Below are positions 29,746 through 43,341 of a DNA stretch of 64,000 bases, piece by piece (the first letter of the stretch is position 1; each line of letters starts with the position of its first letter). Location: the NCBI GenBank assembly GCA_964016885.1, contig OZ024746.1, positions 74,586,001-74,650,000 of the forward strand. The letters are read 5' to 3'. The translations under genes were made by a program, and so were the position numbers. The notes under the pieces were generated by a model. That model saw nothing but the letters and a program-made list of their open reading frames with translations. It was not told where the DNA came from and did no database searches. This stretch comes from Eledone cirrhosa (taxonomy: Eukaryota).

Positions 29746-30104
29746 TGTATGTTCATATCTTCACCAACTGTAATTGTGTAGGCATCAGACATTTTAATCG
29801 AACCCTCGCCTAAAATCGATTAATTTCACGAGGATAATCTGGTTATTAGATTATTTACTTTGTTAACAGTAAAGTTGGGAAATGGGTGGGCGGGGGCGTG
29901 TGGAAAAGTGGTGGAAAATCATGGAAAATCATCGTGAGTAGTAGTTACACGTATAAGAAAGAAAAGGTGTTGCAGTGTGTGAGGGGGGGGGGAGAAGAAC
30001 AATGCTGAGTGAACAAAAATGAAAGAGACAAGAAAGTAATATGATAGACATTGAAGAGAGAAAAATGGGACAGGTGAAATAAGTTGAGAGAGAGACAGTG
30101 AGAG

Positions 30105-30148
<44 letters not shown>

Positions 30149-30351
30149 AGGGAGGGAGATATATAGTTGGCATTAGAGAGAGAGATAGTTAGAGGAGGGG
30201 AGAGATAAATAAGAAGGAGAGAAATAGGAAATAATTAGGTGGGAGCAGAAATAGGAGACATAAATGAAGAGACGATTTGGAGAGTGAAAGGGGGGATGAC
30301 AATACGAAGATAGAAGACAGTTGGGAAAGATTGTTGAGGAAAAAAGATACA

Positions 30352-30545
30352 GGAGAGAGAGAAAGAGAGGGGGGGAATCAGAGCAAATTATATGGAAAAG
30401 AGATGTGAGATATAGGAGAGAGTTAAGGGGCTAGCTTGAGAGAGAGAGAAAGAGAGGGGGGATTCAGAGCAAATTATATGGAAAAGAGATGTGAGATATA
30501 GGAGAGAGTTAAGGGGCTAGCTTGAGAGAGAGAGAGAAAGAGAAG
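30352..30545. repeat. Tandem duplication of about 85 bp in a GA-rich tract
   Basis: TCAGAGCAAATTATATGGAAAAGAGATGTGAG...CTAGCTTG occurs twice. Confidence 0.9.
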
Positions 30546-30912
30546 TGAGATGTATTCTAGAATAAGGAGAAAGAGAGAAAGGCATATGAGAGAATTGGTG
30601 AGGCAAATAATGGATATAGAGGACTAAGATATGGCGGAGAGATGGAAGATACGAACGAGAGATCTAAGTTTGGTGATACATAGGAGAAAGACTAAAGACA
30701 TACGGGTGTGAAAGAAATTAGATTGATAAGTCATATATAGAAGAAAAGCTGGTGAGATAGGGGAGTGATATATATACGCAGAGGTTATATTGAATTTGTT
30801 GGGATTCAACAAGCTTAAACATTTTTTATAACTGATATAAAGCACTCAACAGGTTAGTGGAGTAAATATACAATATATTAACAAATGGAAACTATATTTA
30901 TAAAACCATATT

Positions 30913-30978
30913 TATTTTATTATACATATTTCAAGGGCCACCAAGGCAAATTATGGTGCACTTTCATCAGATAAAATA
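30913..30978 (-). ncRNA. Type-I hammerhead ribozyme, intact canonical core
   Basis: Minus strand reads UAUUUUAU-CUGAUGA-AAG.ug.CACCA-(10-nt loop)-UGGUG.gcc.CUU-GAAAU-AUGU-AUA-AUAAAAUA. This gives a perfect 8-bp stem I, core CUGAUGA/GAAA, a paired stem II, a minimal stem III and an AUA cleavage triplet. Confidence 0.85.
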
Positions 30979-31052
30979 CAATGCAAAATTAGTTTTATAA
31001 ATAAATATTGACATACCCTGAAAAAAGACAACCTTAACGGTTGGAGCTTCCT

Positions 31053-31143
<91 letters not shown>

Positions 31144-31517
31144 AAGATTTGAGATGGATAGATACGAGATAGTTAAGTGATATATAGTAGAAAATACAAG
31201 AGTGAGTGGGAGAGAGAAAGAGAGAGATGGAGCAGGAGAGAAATGAGCTAGATAAGATAGATATATAACAAAACCTGGTGAGAAGCTAAAGAAAGTGAGA
31301 GTGATTATATGTAACAAAATATACCTGATAATTACGATATATATATATATATAATTAGAATTGGTGCTCTGAAATAGCGATATATATATGAATATATATA
31401 CAGTGTATTTTGCAATACACTGTATGATTAATTAAAAGCATTTAGAAGACCTTACGCTATCGTTTTAGAGTAGTGACAGTCTCACTTACTTTAATTTTCA
31501 GCAAACAGGGGAGATAA

Positions 31518-31563
31518 AGCTGACAGAGCTCTGTTTCGCACTTTTTTGGTGCTTATCAAAGCT
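31518..31563 (-). ncRNA. Type-I hammerhead ribozyme, U3-A8 core variant
   Basis: Minus strand reads AGCU-UUGAUAA-GCAC-CAAAAAA-GUGC-GAAAC-AGAGCUCU-GUC-AGCU. Palindromic loop AGAGCUCU, GUC triplet. C3-G8 is replaced by the compensatory U3-A8. Confidence 0.85.
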
Positions 31564-31594
31564 AACTACTCCTCCTGAGACTGTCACTGTAGTT

Positions 31595-31639
31595 AGCTTT
31601 GGTAAGCACCAAAAAGTGCGAAACAGACCTCTGTCAGCT
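31595..31639 (+). ncRNA. Hammerhead copy on the opposite arm, A6G core mutation
   Basis: AGCU-UUGGUAA-GCAC-CAAAAA-GUGC-GAAAC-AGACCUCU-GUC-AGCU. Inverted duplicate of 31518-31563 with one core and one loop substitution. Confidence 0.75.
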
Positions 31640-31778
31640 TTATCTCCCCTGTTTGCTGAAAATTAAAGTAAGTGAGACTGTCACTACTCTAAAACGATAG
31701 CGTAAGGTCTTCTAAATGCTTTTAATTAAGCATACAGTGTATTGCAAAATACACTATATATACATTCATATATATATG

Positions 31779-31810
<32 letters not shown>

Positions 31811-31843
31811 CTGTATATATATATAAATATATATATATACACA

Positions 31844-31890
<47 letters not shown>

Positions 31891-32032
31891 AGATATAGAA
31901 TTTAGTTAGTGGGGTGTTATAGGATGCAGAAAGAGAGGGAGATGAAAGGAGATAGATAGTTGATATACAGTTGAAAGATGGAGAGGTGAGAGAGGGAGAG
32001 TATAAGAGAAACAGATGAAATATATACATATG

Positions 32033-32075
<43 letters not shown>

Positions 32076-33189
32076 AGAAAGACGGAAGAGATATAAGCAA
32101 AAGATTAGTTAGGGCGATATAAAGCAGAAAGAGACAAAAGAGAGACACAGATGAAATAGATATGTGATATATAGAGAAAAGGCCGGAGAGACAAGTGAGA
32201 GGTACGAGAGAGGAGTTAGGCAATATATAGGAGAAAGACTGGAGACATACAAGAGGAGATAAATGAGAAACAGGAGAGATGTTATATAGAAATGGATAAG
32301 ATAAGAGAGGGGGGCAGAGTCAGTAGGGTGAGTGAGAAGATATAGAGAAGATGGGGATTGGTGAAACACAACAGAGAGGTAGGTTATAGGCAAAAAGAGA
32401 AGAAAGAAGTAGTAGAGAGGTAGGATAAACTGGCCTGGTAAATGTGAGATATAATAGAGTCATAAGTATCAGAATGAAACAACAAAGAATCAGGTGAGAC
32501 AGGAGAGTCAAGGAAAAGATAGATGTCAGATGAGACAGGAGACAATCAGAGAGAAGACACAACAGGGACAGAAATACAAGATGCAGCTAAATGGGAGAGA
32601 GATATAAGGTATTGAGAGAGGCGTGGTAGAACAGAGCGAGAGAGACAGACAGACAGATAAAATATAGAATAGAGAGATAGATAGAGAGAGAGAGAAGTGA
32701 AGAGGGAGAGAGAGTGAGAGAAAAGTGGAGACATGACACAACAGAAGCTCAGTGAGGAGACTGACTGACCTGAGTGAGATACGACAGTGACATACAGAGA
32801 TAGGAAGAGAGACACATGATTGAGTAGGGTCAGACAGACAGACAGTTAGTTGATAGCCAGAAATATAATAGAGACAGAAAGAAGCAGGAGACAGACATGG
32901 AAGTTAGAATGGAATCATGCCACCAACACTAGTGGGGATATTGTATCCTTGACATAACTGAAGAATTTACTGAACCCTTTTCCAGCAGGGTTTCTACAGA
33001 CGGATACCCGTCTTATCACCAACAATCTTAGAGGGTGTACACGATTTTCCAAAGATAGATACCTATATTTTATAGACTATCATCACCACCTTAATTTTAA
33101 CAAGGCATTAAATGAAACAAAACATGTTATACACAGGTCTACTAATATAGAAAACAGCGAATAAAACAATGAACATTCTGTAAGATTTA

Positions 33190-33600
33190 GCAGTAACATT
33201 TCTAAAAACAAGTTTGTTAATTCAAATGTCTCTAGGGTCTTTACTGCTGGTCAGATCGTTGTGAAAATCTGAAATATTAACATAAAGAATATTACTTTTA
33301 ATGTGATGTAGTTATTATACTGCTATTCTATATCTTCGAGAATGTTTTGCTAATATGGTTTCATGGGGTTCAGGACGTTAAGAATTAAAAGTTATATTAT
33401 CTTGGTTTTATATGTTTTTGCAGTGGCTAGGAGTTTCTTGGATCCCACTTTCAGAAACACTGTTTTAAATAGTTATTAAAATGTAGTTGAAATTTGTTGA
33501 GGCTGGTTTGGAATATATTACTTATCTTGTGCTCTTTCGGTGGGTTATGGATGGGAATTAGTTTCAGATTGTTTTCAACATATGCAACCGCCTGAATCAG
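33190..33600 (-). pseudogene. Possible Penelope-type ORF relic (region between RT and GIY-YIG)
   Basis: Frameshifted fragments TKII*, NHISKTF, ITLKV and HNDL occur in the order expected for the IIWFNPP / TNIG..F / TLK.SYSCM / HN motifs; heavily decayed. Confidence 0.35.
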
Positions 33601-33861
33601 CCCCTCATTCTACAGCCAGGGTTGGATTTAGACCTGCAGAGAAATGAATAATAGAATGGAGAGAGAAGAAGGGAGAGGAGACAAGCATAAACAATATAAC
33701 ATGGGGACGTATAGCCATCGGAGAAAATAGATGAAAGATGACAGATACTCAGGTGACAGACAGAGGAAAGGACGGAGAGACAGAGACAAGAGACAGACTT
33801 AAGAAACATAGTATACAGAGACATAGAAGACAGACTCATAAATGATTGACCGGGGAAAAGT

Positions 33862-33959
<98 letters not shown>

Positions 33960-34565
33960 AAGCAGACCGAAAAATGCGAGACAAATGAGAGACAGACCAG
34001 AGATGACAGAGACAAAACAGAGAAAGAGGTGAAGGGGTGGAAAGGGTGATATGAAAGAGAAAACACAAGAAACAAACAAAAGGGTGATAAGGGTCAGCCG
34101 GGTGGTGATAGATTCTTCGCAAGTTTCTAAGATGAACGTTCAATCACCACAAAACTCGTGAATTAACATGTTAGTGTTAATAATTCCAAAGACATGTGAA
34201 TCTTTAACGATTCCCAGGCCGAACCACTGGCACACAGATTGATAACAAGACTGGGCCTCTGAATAACAGACTCAAGCAATCCGATGGTCTAGCAAGACTT
34301 TCTGTGTATCCCATTTCACTTACATTGTTGAGTCATTTCGGTGGTATGATAATGATACTTGCCCAAGATATTACGTAGTGAGATTGAACACATCGTCCGA
34401 AGATTGCACATCTAACTTCTTAACCAAACTTCCTAGCCATTGAGTCATATGTGCGTCCAGCGGTAGAGAAATAACAAAAGGTTGAAGGGCAAGAATGATA
34501 TCAGAGAAATTAGAGAGAATCATATGTATGACATGAGAGAAATAGTGGAGATAAAAGAGATTAGA

Positions 34566-34660
<95 letters not shown>

Positions 34661-35948
34661 TCACTGTATGAATGAGAAGTTAGATAAGTGAAGGTACAGA
34701 GAGAGAAGGTACAGAGAGAGAAGGTGTTATGAGGCTGTGGAAAATTGGAAAATAGCACAGAAGGGTCTGAAGATATAGAATATAGTCCTGAAATCATTAT
34801 AAGAAAATTAAGGGATTGCTGATGTGAGGAACCCTTCAGTGAAACATGTACTACAAACAAAAGTCTTTGCTGATATATATAGAATTGTCCCCTTACTCTA
34901 TATCTAGTTGTCTGTAATCCGATCAAGTTTCTTACCTATAGAATTTATCACCGATGAAGGATTAACATCCGATACGCCAAGACACGTCTTTTTCCATTTC
35001 ATACAAGCATGAATCTAATACATTCTACAAGTTTTCTCCGTCCTTTTTGCCCTGAGAAATATTAAGATAAATATGAATTAATTATGATATAAAGATAAAT
35101 ATATAAATAGATGTACTAAATATGTAAATAATATGAAAAATGCATGAAATAAAATTATATATAATATATATTGAAAAATGTATAATGAATATAAAGAGAG
35201 AACGGAAGTAAATAGGACAGGAAAATAATAATTGGGGAATTCAAAGGTTATTATTATGACATTAAATGTGTTTTATAAGAGATTTTATGAGATGACTTTC
35301 GTAAAAATGATTTTGTGAAAAGTTTTATTAGCTGGAAATCGATGTATATAGATGCAACTCTTCAGCTCCTATATAGTTCGAATTGAATTTCATTGATTTA
35401 AATCTATTGATCTTCTATTTGAAATACGATGATACTTTATTTTGTAGAGTGCAATTTTTTTTCAGGACGATACATTTCTCCGCAAGACATCTATTAAAAC
35501 AACTAACACTCAAGCAGCACGTTTATTGGCACAACAAAATCGAATTTCTCGGAGTGTTAAAGTCCAATGCCTTTAAACGTTTAATCACCTCATTTACACA
35601 GACGAAAAAACTATATATTTTTGCCTTTTTTCGCCTGTTTTCAAAGTCTGGCAGTTGCATGAGCGGGAGGGATCATTCTGGTGAGAAGCATTTGAGTTTG
35701 AAATGCATCGACGATTGTCCCCCTTACTTATGCCAGACACCGCTTGGTGGCGTTGGCTGCCAGTGTTATTCATTACTATGGCCTTCTAAATGTATATTTA
35801 TAAACATACCGTATTTCTTTAGAAATACGAAATTTAAATGCATATTTGTATAAGCTATGTTCGAAACTAAATTCTAATTATATATATATATTATATATAA
35901 ATGGAAGGTATAGAAAATATTGTAGCAAAAAGCCAACAGTATTCCATA

Positions 35949-35989
<41 letters not shown>

Positions 35990-35997
35990 ATAATAAT

Positions 35998-36163
35998 AAA
36001 TTTGAAGACTAAAATCCAAAGAGGGCTCGATAAGGATAAATATATATCAAATATATAAGAACCGTAGAGCAAATATATATATATATATATATATTTATTA
36101 AAATAACAGATTAAAGTTTAAGCAAAGAATCGCTGCTTTCACCCTTAACGGGATCTTCCGAAA

Positions 36164-36168
<5 letters not shown>
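35998..36168 (-). mobile_element. (TA)n-associated repeat family C
   Basis: GAAGACTAAAATCCAAAGAGGGCTCGATAAGG...TAGAGCAAAT recurs at 39872-39985 and 17212-17263, and partially at 44281-44343. The minus strand has a decayed core CGGAAGA-u-CCC-GUUAA-GGG-u-GAAAG. Confidence 0.6.
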
Positions 36169-36198
<30 letters not shown>

Positions 36199-36902
36199 TC
36201 CAAAATGTTTGTTCATGATCAATATTTCTATAAAATATTTTATATGTATATGTGAGGATCTTGTGGCCAATAAATATAGGAATAATTATTTTTCCTTTCA
36301 ATGAGTTAGATTACTTTTGCTTCGGTTAACTTAGCTGGCAAATTTAGTTCTACTTCAAAGGCCCAATGGTGGCAAATATTGTGTCAGAGTAAATCCTCCA
36401 GAGATCTATGTTAAAGCTACACCTACCTGTGGAATGGTCAGTCACAAGGTTAATTCCACTGACAGGCAATTCTGTTAATTGAATCATTAGGAGCAATCGT
36501 CTTCGGAAATGACGATGGCTCAAAATAAAGAACACACACACATATGATATGTGTGTACGTTTACATATATATGATTTGTACTTTTTATATATTAAAATAC
36601 ACATACCTTAGCCATAAGTTTAAAGACACCTCATAAATAATATAATCCACATCAAGAGCTAATGAAGAAGAACTAAATAATTAACAAAATAAAATTACCT
36701 TAAAAAAGCAAAAATAAAAAACAAAAAAATGTATATTAATCTGAAACCTTAAGTAAATGTTTTATCTTCTTGAGTGAGAAAGGATTTTTTTCTTCAGCTT
36801 ATCGTCTTCATGCAGTTACATAAAAAAAAATATATGTATGTGCGTGTGTGAGTGCACGCATTTGTGAGTTTATATACATAAATATATTTAAATATTTACT
36901 TT

Positions 36903-37016
<114 letters not shown>

Positions 37017-37204
37017 CGCGCGTATATATGCGTGTATATATATATATGAGCGTGCGTGTGTGTATATACAGAAGGACACTCAAATATATGTGTGTGTGTT
37101 TAAAATATATATAAAACAAACGTAAATTCCGTCTTTTGCCTACTGATATTTCCCGCACGTAGATTCTAGGATATTGCTATCAGGGCGCAAATATTTAACT
37201 AAGT

Positions 37205-37306
<102 letters not shown>

Positions 37307-37320
37307 AATCTTTTTTAATT

Positions 37321-37385
<65 letters not shown>

Positions 37386-37399
37386 AATTAAAAAAGATT

Positions 37400-37436
<37 letters not shown>

Positions 37437-37759
37437 TAGAGAGGGAGAGAGAGAGAGACAGAAGAAATACATCCCTCCTGTTCTCTCAGACGTACACATA
37501 AAGACACATACACACATACAGGGATACAGTGACGCGCAAAAATAATATTCAATCTGATAAATTGGATATTATATGATTTAGTGATAGCCTACAAAGGAAG
37601 CTGAAATCGAAGTGATGTTTATGGAAGAGATGCATAAAAATAAAGAAAGAAAATGGAGTAATATAAAGATTAACGAAATGATGGATAAAATATAATCGAA
37701 AATATATTGATGAAAAAATAACCCACACGATTTGTTTATATAGTACATACACACACATG

Positions 37760-37816
<57 letters not shown>

Positions 37817-38539
37817 TACATATAATAAATGTATATACACGTTCATGCAACTATTCATGTTTTATTTGTATATATAGACGTTACTATTTTATTCATGTTT
37901 TTAACTTTTTTCTATAATATTCACCGTATCACTTCGTATTTATCACAAAGAAGATATGTGAAGAGAAATACGCGCAAAACTGAGTAATTCACAGTGTAAT
38001 CTCAGAGATACATAAAGAATTTCCATTCCACTTCTGAGTTCCACGTATATTTGTAGATAAGTGTGTGTGAGAGGGAGAGACGGGCCGCTGTTGGTTCGGA
38101 TGTTGTGTGTTCCAGTTTGATTCGATGTATTTGTCTAACTGCTAGTGACATTAATGTGCAAGTGGCTCACCATTCTATAAATGATGTGAAATTCCTTAAA
38201 TCGTTCCAAGTCAAAACAGAGGTATATTCTTTGAAAGCAAACTTTAAAATATTTGTTATTGCTTCGAAATAAATATACTAGACTGTTGCCAAAGATGGAC
38301 TCAGTCCGGCTAGCCCTAGTGCAGGAGTCACTACTGATGTATAATAAAGAAAATGAAGTCAGTCTGTTTGAATCTTGCATCATTTTATTAATTACTATGT
38401 TACTGTTATACATATTTCAATGGAATATGATCCAGGCTGTTTGTGATGTTAGTCCTCATAAATAAATAAATAAATATTTATATATATAACGAATGTGCTC
38501 AAGCTCAGAAATGGTAAATATATATATATATAAATATAT

Positions 38540-39350
38540 ATGTAATAATTGATCACATGTAAAAGTCGGCCCCCTAATTTTGGCCAAAAAATCCGTAATT
38601 TTTCATAGACTCCGGGTAAAAGTCAACACTATTGTTTCACGGATAACAGGTCAAAATTTGTATCATCATGTACATATTATTTGTATCATCAAATAACACT
38701 ATTACAAACTCATCATGAATTTAAATTTTTTATGTTATTGCAAAAGATGTAAAACACTGAGCGACACTGAATTTATGCAAAAATAAAAATGCAAGTAAGA
38801 AATTGGTAACCAGCCATAAAAAAAGGAGACAATAATTTCGGTAGAGAGTGATGTTGTGTTTCTACTTATTTTATTAATGTTTTGTTTTAATGCCTTAAGT
38901 TGCACTATTAATTGTAAATAAAAACACATCACTAACATACCCTACTGTAATGAGTGTGAGCTTAACCAGAAATATGAAAATAATGTGAGTGGAGTCTTGT
39001 GATACGGCCAAGTGTATAGTATCACTGTAGGAAGTGGCATACCTGTAGATATACACCTATGGTAATATAGAGTAATTATGAGGTATAAATTAATTGCACT
39101 AAGAGCAAGTGTAAATATTTATAAGAGCTACGCGGCCTTGGATTCTAATATTTGCTAGGACATGTGTTTTGATGCAGAGAAACGGTAATATTACTGTAAT
39201 TTATTGTGTTTGTGTTTTTATTCGTTTAGAGTTCAGTTGGGCTTCTGCTACTAATACGGTACATTGAATTCTAGCTTCGATTTCATGTAGTATCCATATA
39301 TTTAACCTGAAAATATGTTTTAGAAACTTCTACTTTGTACGAGTATATAC

Positions 39351-39354
<4 letters not shown>
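38540..39354. mobile_element. Tc1/pogo-type DNA transposon relic
   Basis: Right end CGAGTATATACGG|TA. Left region has repeated GTAAAAGTCG/A subterminal motifs (38559, 38616). Left TIR is decayed. Confidence 0.5.
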
Positions 39355-39399
<45 letters not shown>

Positions 39400-39403
39400 A
39401 TAA

Positions 39404-39618
39404 TGGTTTCTTATATAGGCACAAGGCCAGCAATTTTGGGGAAGGGGCAAGTCGATTAAATCGACCCCAGTGCGTGACTGGTACTTTATTTTATCGACCC
39501 CGTAAGGATGAAAGGCAAAGTTAACCTCGGCAGGATTTGAACTCAGATCATAAAGGGGCGTAACTCTATGCTGCAAAGCATGGCCTCATACCCTCTACCG
39601 ATACTGCCAATCCGCTGC

Positions 39619-39620
<2 letters not shown>
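39404..39620 (-). mobile_element. tRNA-derived SINE, long subfamily
   Basis: Same family, with an extra segment of about 30 bp, TTGGGGAAGGGGCAAGTCGATTAAATCGA. Confidence 0.88.
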
Positions 39621-39668
<48 letters not shown>

Positions 39669-39672
<4 letters not shown>

Positions 39673-39852
39673 GTTTCTACTTTAGGCACAAGGCCAGCAA
39701 TTACCCAGTTCATTACTGGTACTTTATTTTATCGACCCCGTAAGGATGAAAGGCAAAGTCAACCTTGGCGGGATTTGAACTCAGATCGTAAAGGGATGTA
39801 ACTATGCTGGAAAGCATGGCGTCCGCCCCTCTACCGCTACTGCCAATCCACC
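39669..39852 (-). mobile_element. tRNA-derived SINE
   Basis: Near-identical reverse complement of 43921-44098. Confidence 0.9.
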
Positions 39853-39982
39853 TAATTATGATAATAAATGTGAAGACTAAAATCCAAAGAGGGCTCGATA
39901 AGGATAAATATATATCAAATATATAAGAACCCTAGAGCAAATATTTATTAAAATAACAGATTAAAGTTTAATGTTATTTTAA

Positions 39983-40024
<42 letters not shown>

Positions 40025-40091
40025 CAAGGTTTAGCAAATAAGAAAAAGTTTTAAAATAAATTTTAAAAAGGTCACTGTACCTGCTGTAATT

Positions 40092-40176
40092 ACCCTTACC
40101 GTACGGTTTCAAGTCTCGAAATAAATGGATAATCCATACGGAAATCCATTGAGAAGGAAGACTTTCGTCAGAGGGT
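40092..40176 (-). ncRNA. Type-I hammerhead ribozyme, intact core, palindromic stem-III loop
   Basis: Minus strand reads ACCCU-CUGACGA-AAGUCU-(42-nt insert)-AGACUU-GAAAC-CGUACG-GUA-AGGGU. All three stems pair; the loop CGUACG is self-complementary. Confidence 0.9.
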
Positions 40177-40402
40177 TCTTTTCGCTCGGAGAATATAAAA
40201 TTCCCGAGATAACATTTTGGTCGATTTAACTGATGCTATTTCTAGTGGCAATAGATTGACCTTTCCGCCTTTGCCTTCTACATTTACACACGGCACTAGA
40301 CAGAATTGCTTCTTCATCATACACTCTCATCTCGGGAACAATTTTGAATGGCGCCAGTTCGTGATTTGAACTCGGGAATTTTATATTCTCCGAGCGAAAA
40401 GA

Positions 40403-40487
40403 ACCCTCTGACAAAAGTCTTCCTTTTCAATGGATTTCCGTATGGATTATCCATTTATTTCGAGACTTGAAACCGTACGGTAAGGGT
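40403..40487 (+). ncRNA. Hammerhead ribozyme copy on the opposite arm, G8A core mutation
   Basis: ACCCU-CUGACAA-AAGUCU...AGACUU-GAAAC-CGUACG-GUA-AGGGU. Near-identical to the 40092-40176 copy, but the core reads CUGACAA (C3-A8 mismatch). Confidence 0.8.
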
Positions 40488-40665
40488 AATTACAGCAGGT
40501 ACAGTGAACATTTTAAAATTTATTTTAAAACTTTTTCTTATTTGCTAAACCTTGATTATATATGTTCTGGCTCGTTAATTTATTAACCTGCCATAGAACC
40601 ACATTGGCATACGGTTGGATAATACATGTGTCCCTATATGTATTTTGCATATAGGGATACATACC

Positions 40666-40716
<51 letters not shown>

Positions 40717-41125
40717 AATATATAAACATATATAAATGGTTGTTTATTATACATACATATTTCGTATATGCTTCAACATACAACCCTTGTTGCGTTTCAT
40801 GCTATGTCAGCGCAGTACTACTGCACATTGATTCGAGCCAGCCTCTGTATGTAAATGAGCATCATCAGACGATATTCATAAGCAAATACCTATAACCATA
40901 TTTTGTCTTAGCAGTGAAGTAGTAAACCTTTCTGATGACAGATACATATCCATGAACGGTTGCTAAGAAAAACAATGCCATGTTCACCTTTATTAAAAAA
41001 TCATAGCGGGTCTAAATGCATTTGTATTACGCAAACATTTATTATATGTATCAATATACAACCCTTCTTACGTTTCCCGCTAAGTTACAGTATTAATACT
41101 ATATATATATACATATAGTAATAAT

Positions 41126-41313
41126 AATTGTTTCTACTTTTGGCACAAGGCCAGCAATTACCCAATGCATTACTGGTACTTTATTTTTTCGACCCCGTAA
41201 GGATGAAAGGCAAAGTTGACCTCGGCGGGATTTGAACTCAGTTCGTAAAGGGACGTAACTATGCTGCAAAGCATGGCGTCTGACCCTCTACCGATACTGC
41301 CAATTCACCACCC
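41126..41313 (-). mobile_element. tRNA-derived SINE
   Basis: Same family, full length. Confidence 0.88.
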
Positions 41314-41360
41314 TATAGTATTCACCACATATAGTAATAATAATAATGTTATTTTAATAC

Positions 41361-41672
<312 letters not shown>

Positions 41673-41717
41673 TAGTAATAATAATGTTATTTTAATACAT
41701 AAATATATTTTAATACT

Positions 41718-41792
<75 letters not shown>

Positions 41793-42800
41793 GTATCTGT
41801 GTGTGTCTGAACACATTATATACATTAGTGCCAACACAAACATGTATATATTTATGTTTTTGTGTGTGTCTGTGTATGTATGTGTGTTTGAGTGTGCAAT
41901 ATAATCATAACTAATATAGTACAGCAGCGTAGTTTATTTACCTGACTGCTCGACATGCTAACAACAGTAGGAAGATCTCACTCTAACCATACCCTATCTT
42001 TTTAAAATAAAACGGAATTACGCATTAGATAATATAGCCCCAGATACATTATGGCTGAAAAAAAGCATGAGCACAGCTTTGATCATAGGTCTTCTGCTAC
42101 AGCAATCTGCCATAGGGCTTCAAAATAACAACTAGAACAACAAGGTCAGCATCAGAAGCAAGAACAATAGCAACGTAAAATACATCACCAGCAACAGCTG
42201 CAGCAGTAGAAGCAACAGCACGAGCATCGTCAGCAGCAGTCACCGGTGCAATTAAGAATGTTAAGTGCATTAATGTGGATTGTAGGTGAAGTAAAGTGGA
42301 AAGATAAGAGTCAAAGACTGTCTCTATCTGATTGCTAACATCACACCTGAGTGTTGTATCACTCTATAGTCAATGACTGCAACTAATAGATTGGCAGCTT
42401 TCAGGAACACGACTGAGTATTATTTCATTGTTCAGCTTCACGGTAGATTTACTAGAGGGGTAAAGAGGTTGACGGGGAGGGGGTCTAATAATTGGGGAGC
42501 AGTGTTGTATTCTTCCAAACTGCTAATTAGTCACCAGGTATAATTTAGATAACAAAAGTCGCTCTGGTTGACTGGACAGACAATTGATATCTGGTCCTTC
42601 GACAAGGGACCTAACACTTGTTTGGCTTTTTCCACCTGGGAAAGCTAAAGCTGGATATATCGATAGCATGTTAGTCTACGTACCTTATGTTTTAATGTTC
42701 GAGCCCAGTAGCATCATTGCCAGGTTTTACATATGCTGGGGATATCCATATAATGCGTTATTTGAAGGAATCTCAATTGTGCAAAACATGGATAAATTTC

Positions 42801-42900
42801 TAAGAGTTAACAAGTATCTTGCTTTATAACTAAGAGTTAACAAGTATCTTGCTTTATAACTAAGAGTTAACAAGTCTCTTGCTTTATAACTAAAGTTAAC
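42801..42900. repeat. 30-bp tandem repeat, 3.3 copies
   Basis: Unit TAAGAGTTAACAAGTATCTTGCTTTATAAC. Confidence 0.95.
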
Positions 42901-43228
42901 GGTAAGTAGTAAAAATATTTTGGATTGTTATGATTTTGAGTCAAGATCATACGAAATTATCCGCCACTGTACATTACGATTATTAGCATTTGATTCTTGC
43001 ATATATTCATTAAAAACACCAATACCCTCTTCTCTAATACATCTCACATATATTTCCCATACTTTGATACACTTTTTATTTGTCTCTAAATAATGTATAG
43101 AGTCATATCTGTATATAGTCCACGGATTTTGCAGTGTCGTTATGGTGTTGTATAAATTATATCTTGTCTGCGTTCTGTGTTCAAATCCCGCTGAGGTCCG
43201 CTTTGATGAATGAGACCAATATACATTG

Positions 43229-43265
<37 letters not shown>

Positions 43266-43309
43266 TTTAAAGATTTATCTGTCTCTAATATTTAACTTTA
43301 ATATATATG

Positions 43310-43341
<32 letters not shown>

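Larger units (their letters stand above)
31354..31775 (-). mobile_element. Penelope-like pLTR fold-back insertion in (TA)n (family D)
   Basis: Inverted arms at about 31385-31569 / 31589-31772 with a 19-nt spacer and a hammerhead in each arm. The tail 31354-31380 resembles the reverse complement of 13915-13942. Confidence 0.75.
40021..40670 (+). mobile_element. Penelope-like pLTR fold-back insertion in (TA)n (family E)
   Basis: Inverted arms 40021-40208 / 40371-40560 around a spacer of about 160 nt, a hammerhead in each arm, then a unique tail to about 40670 and (TA)n. Confidence 0.75.
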
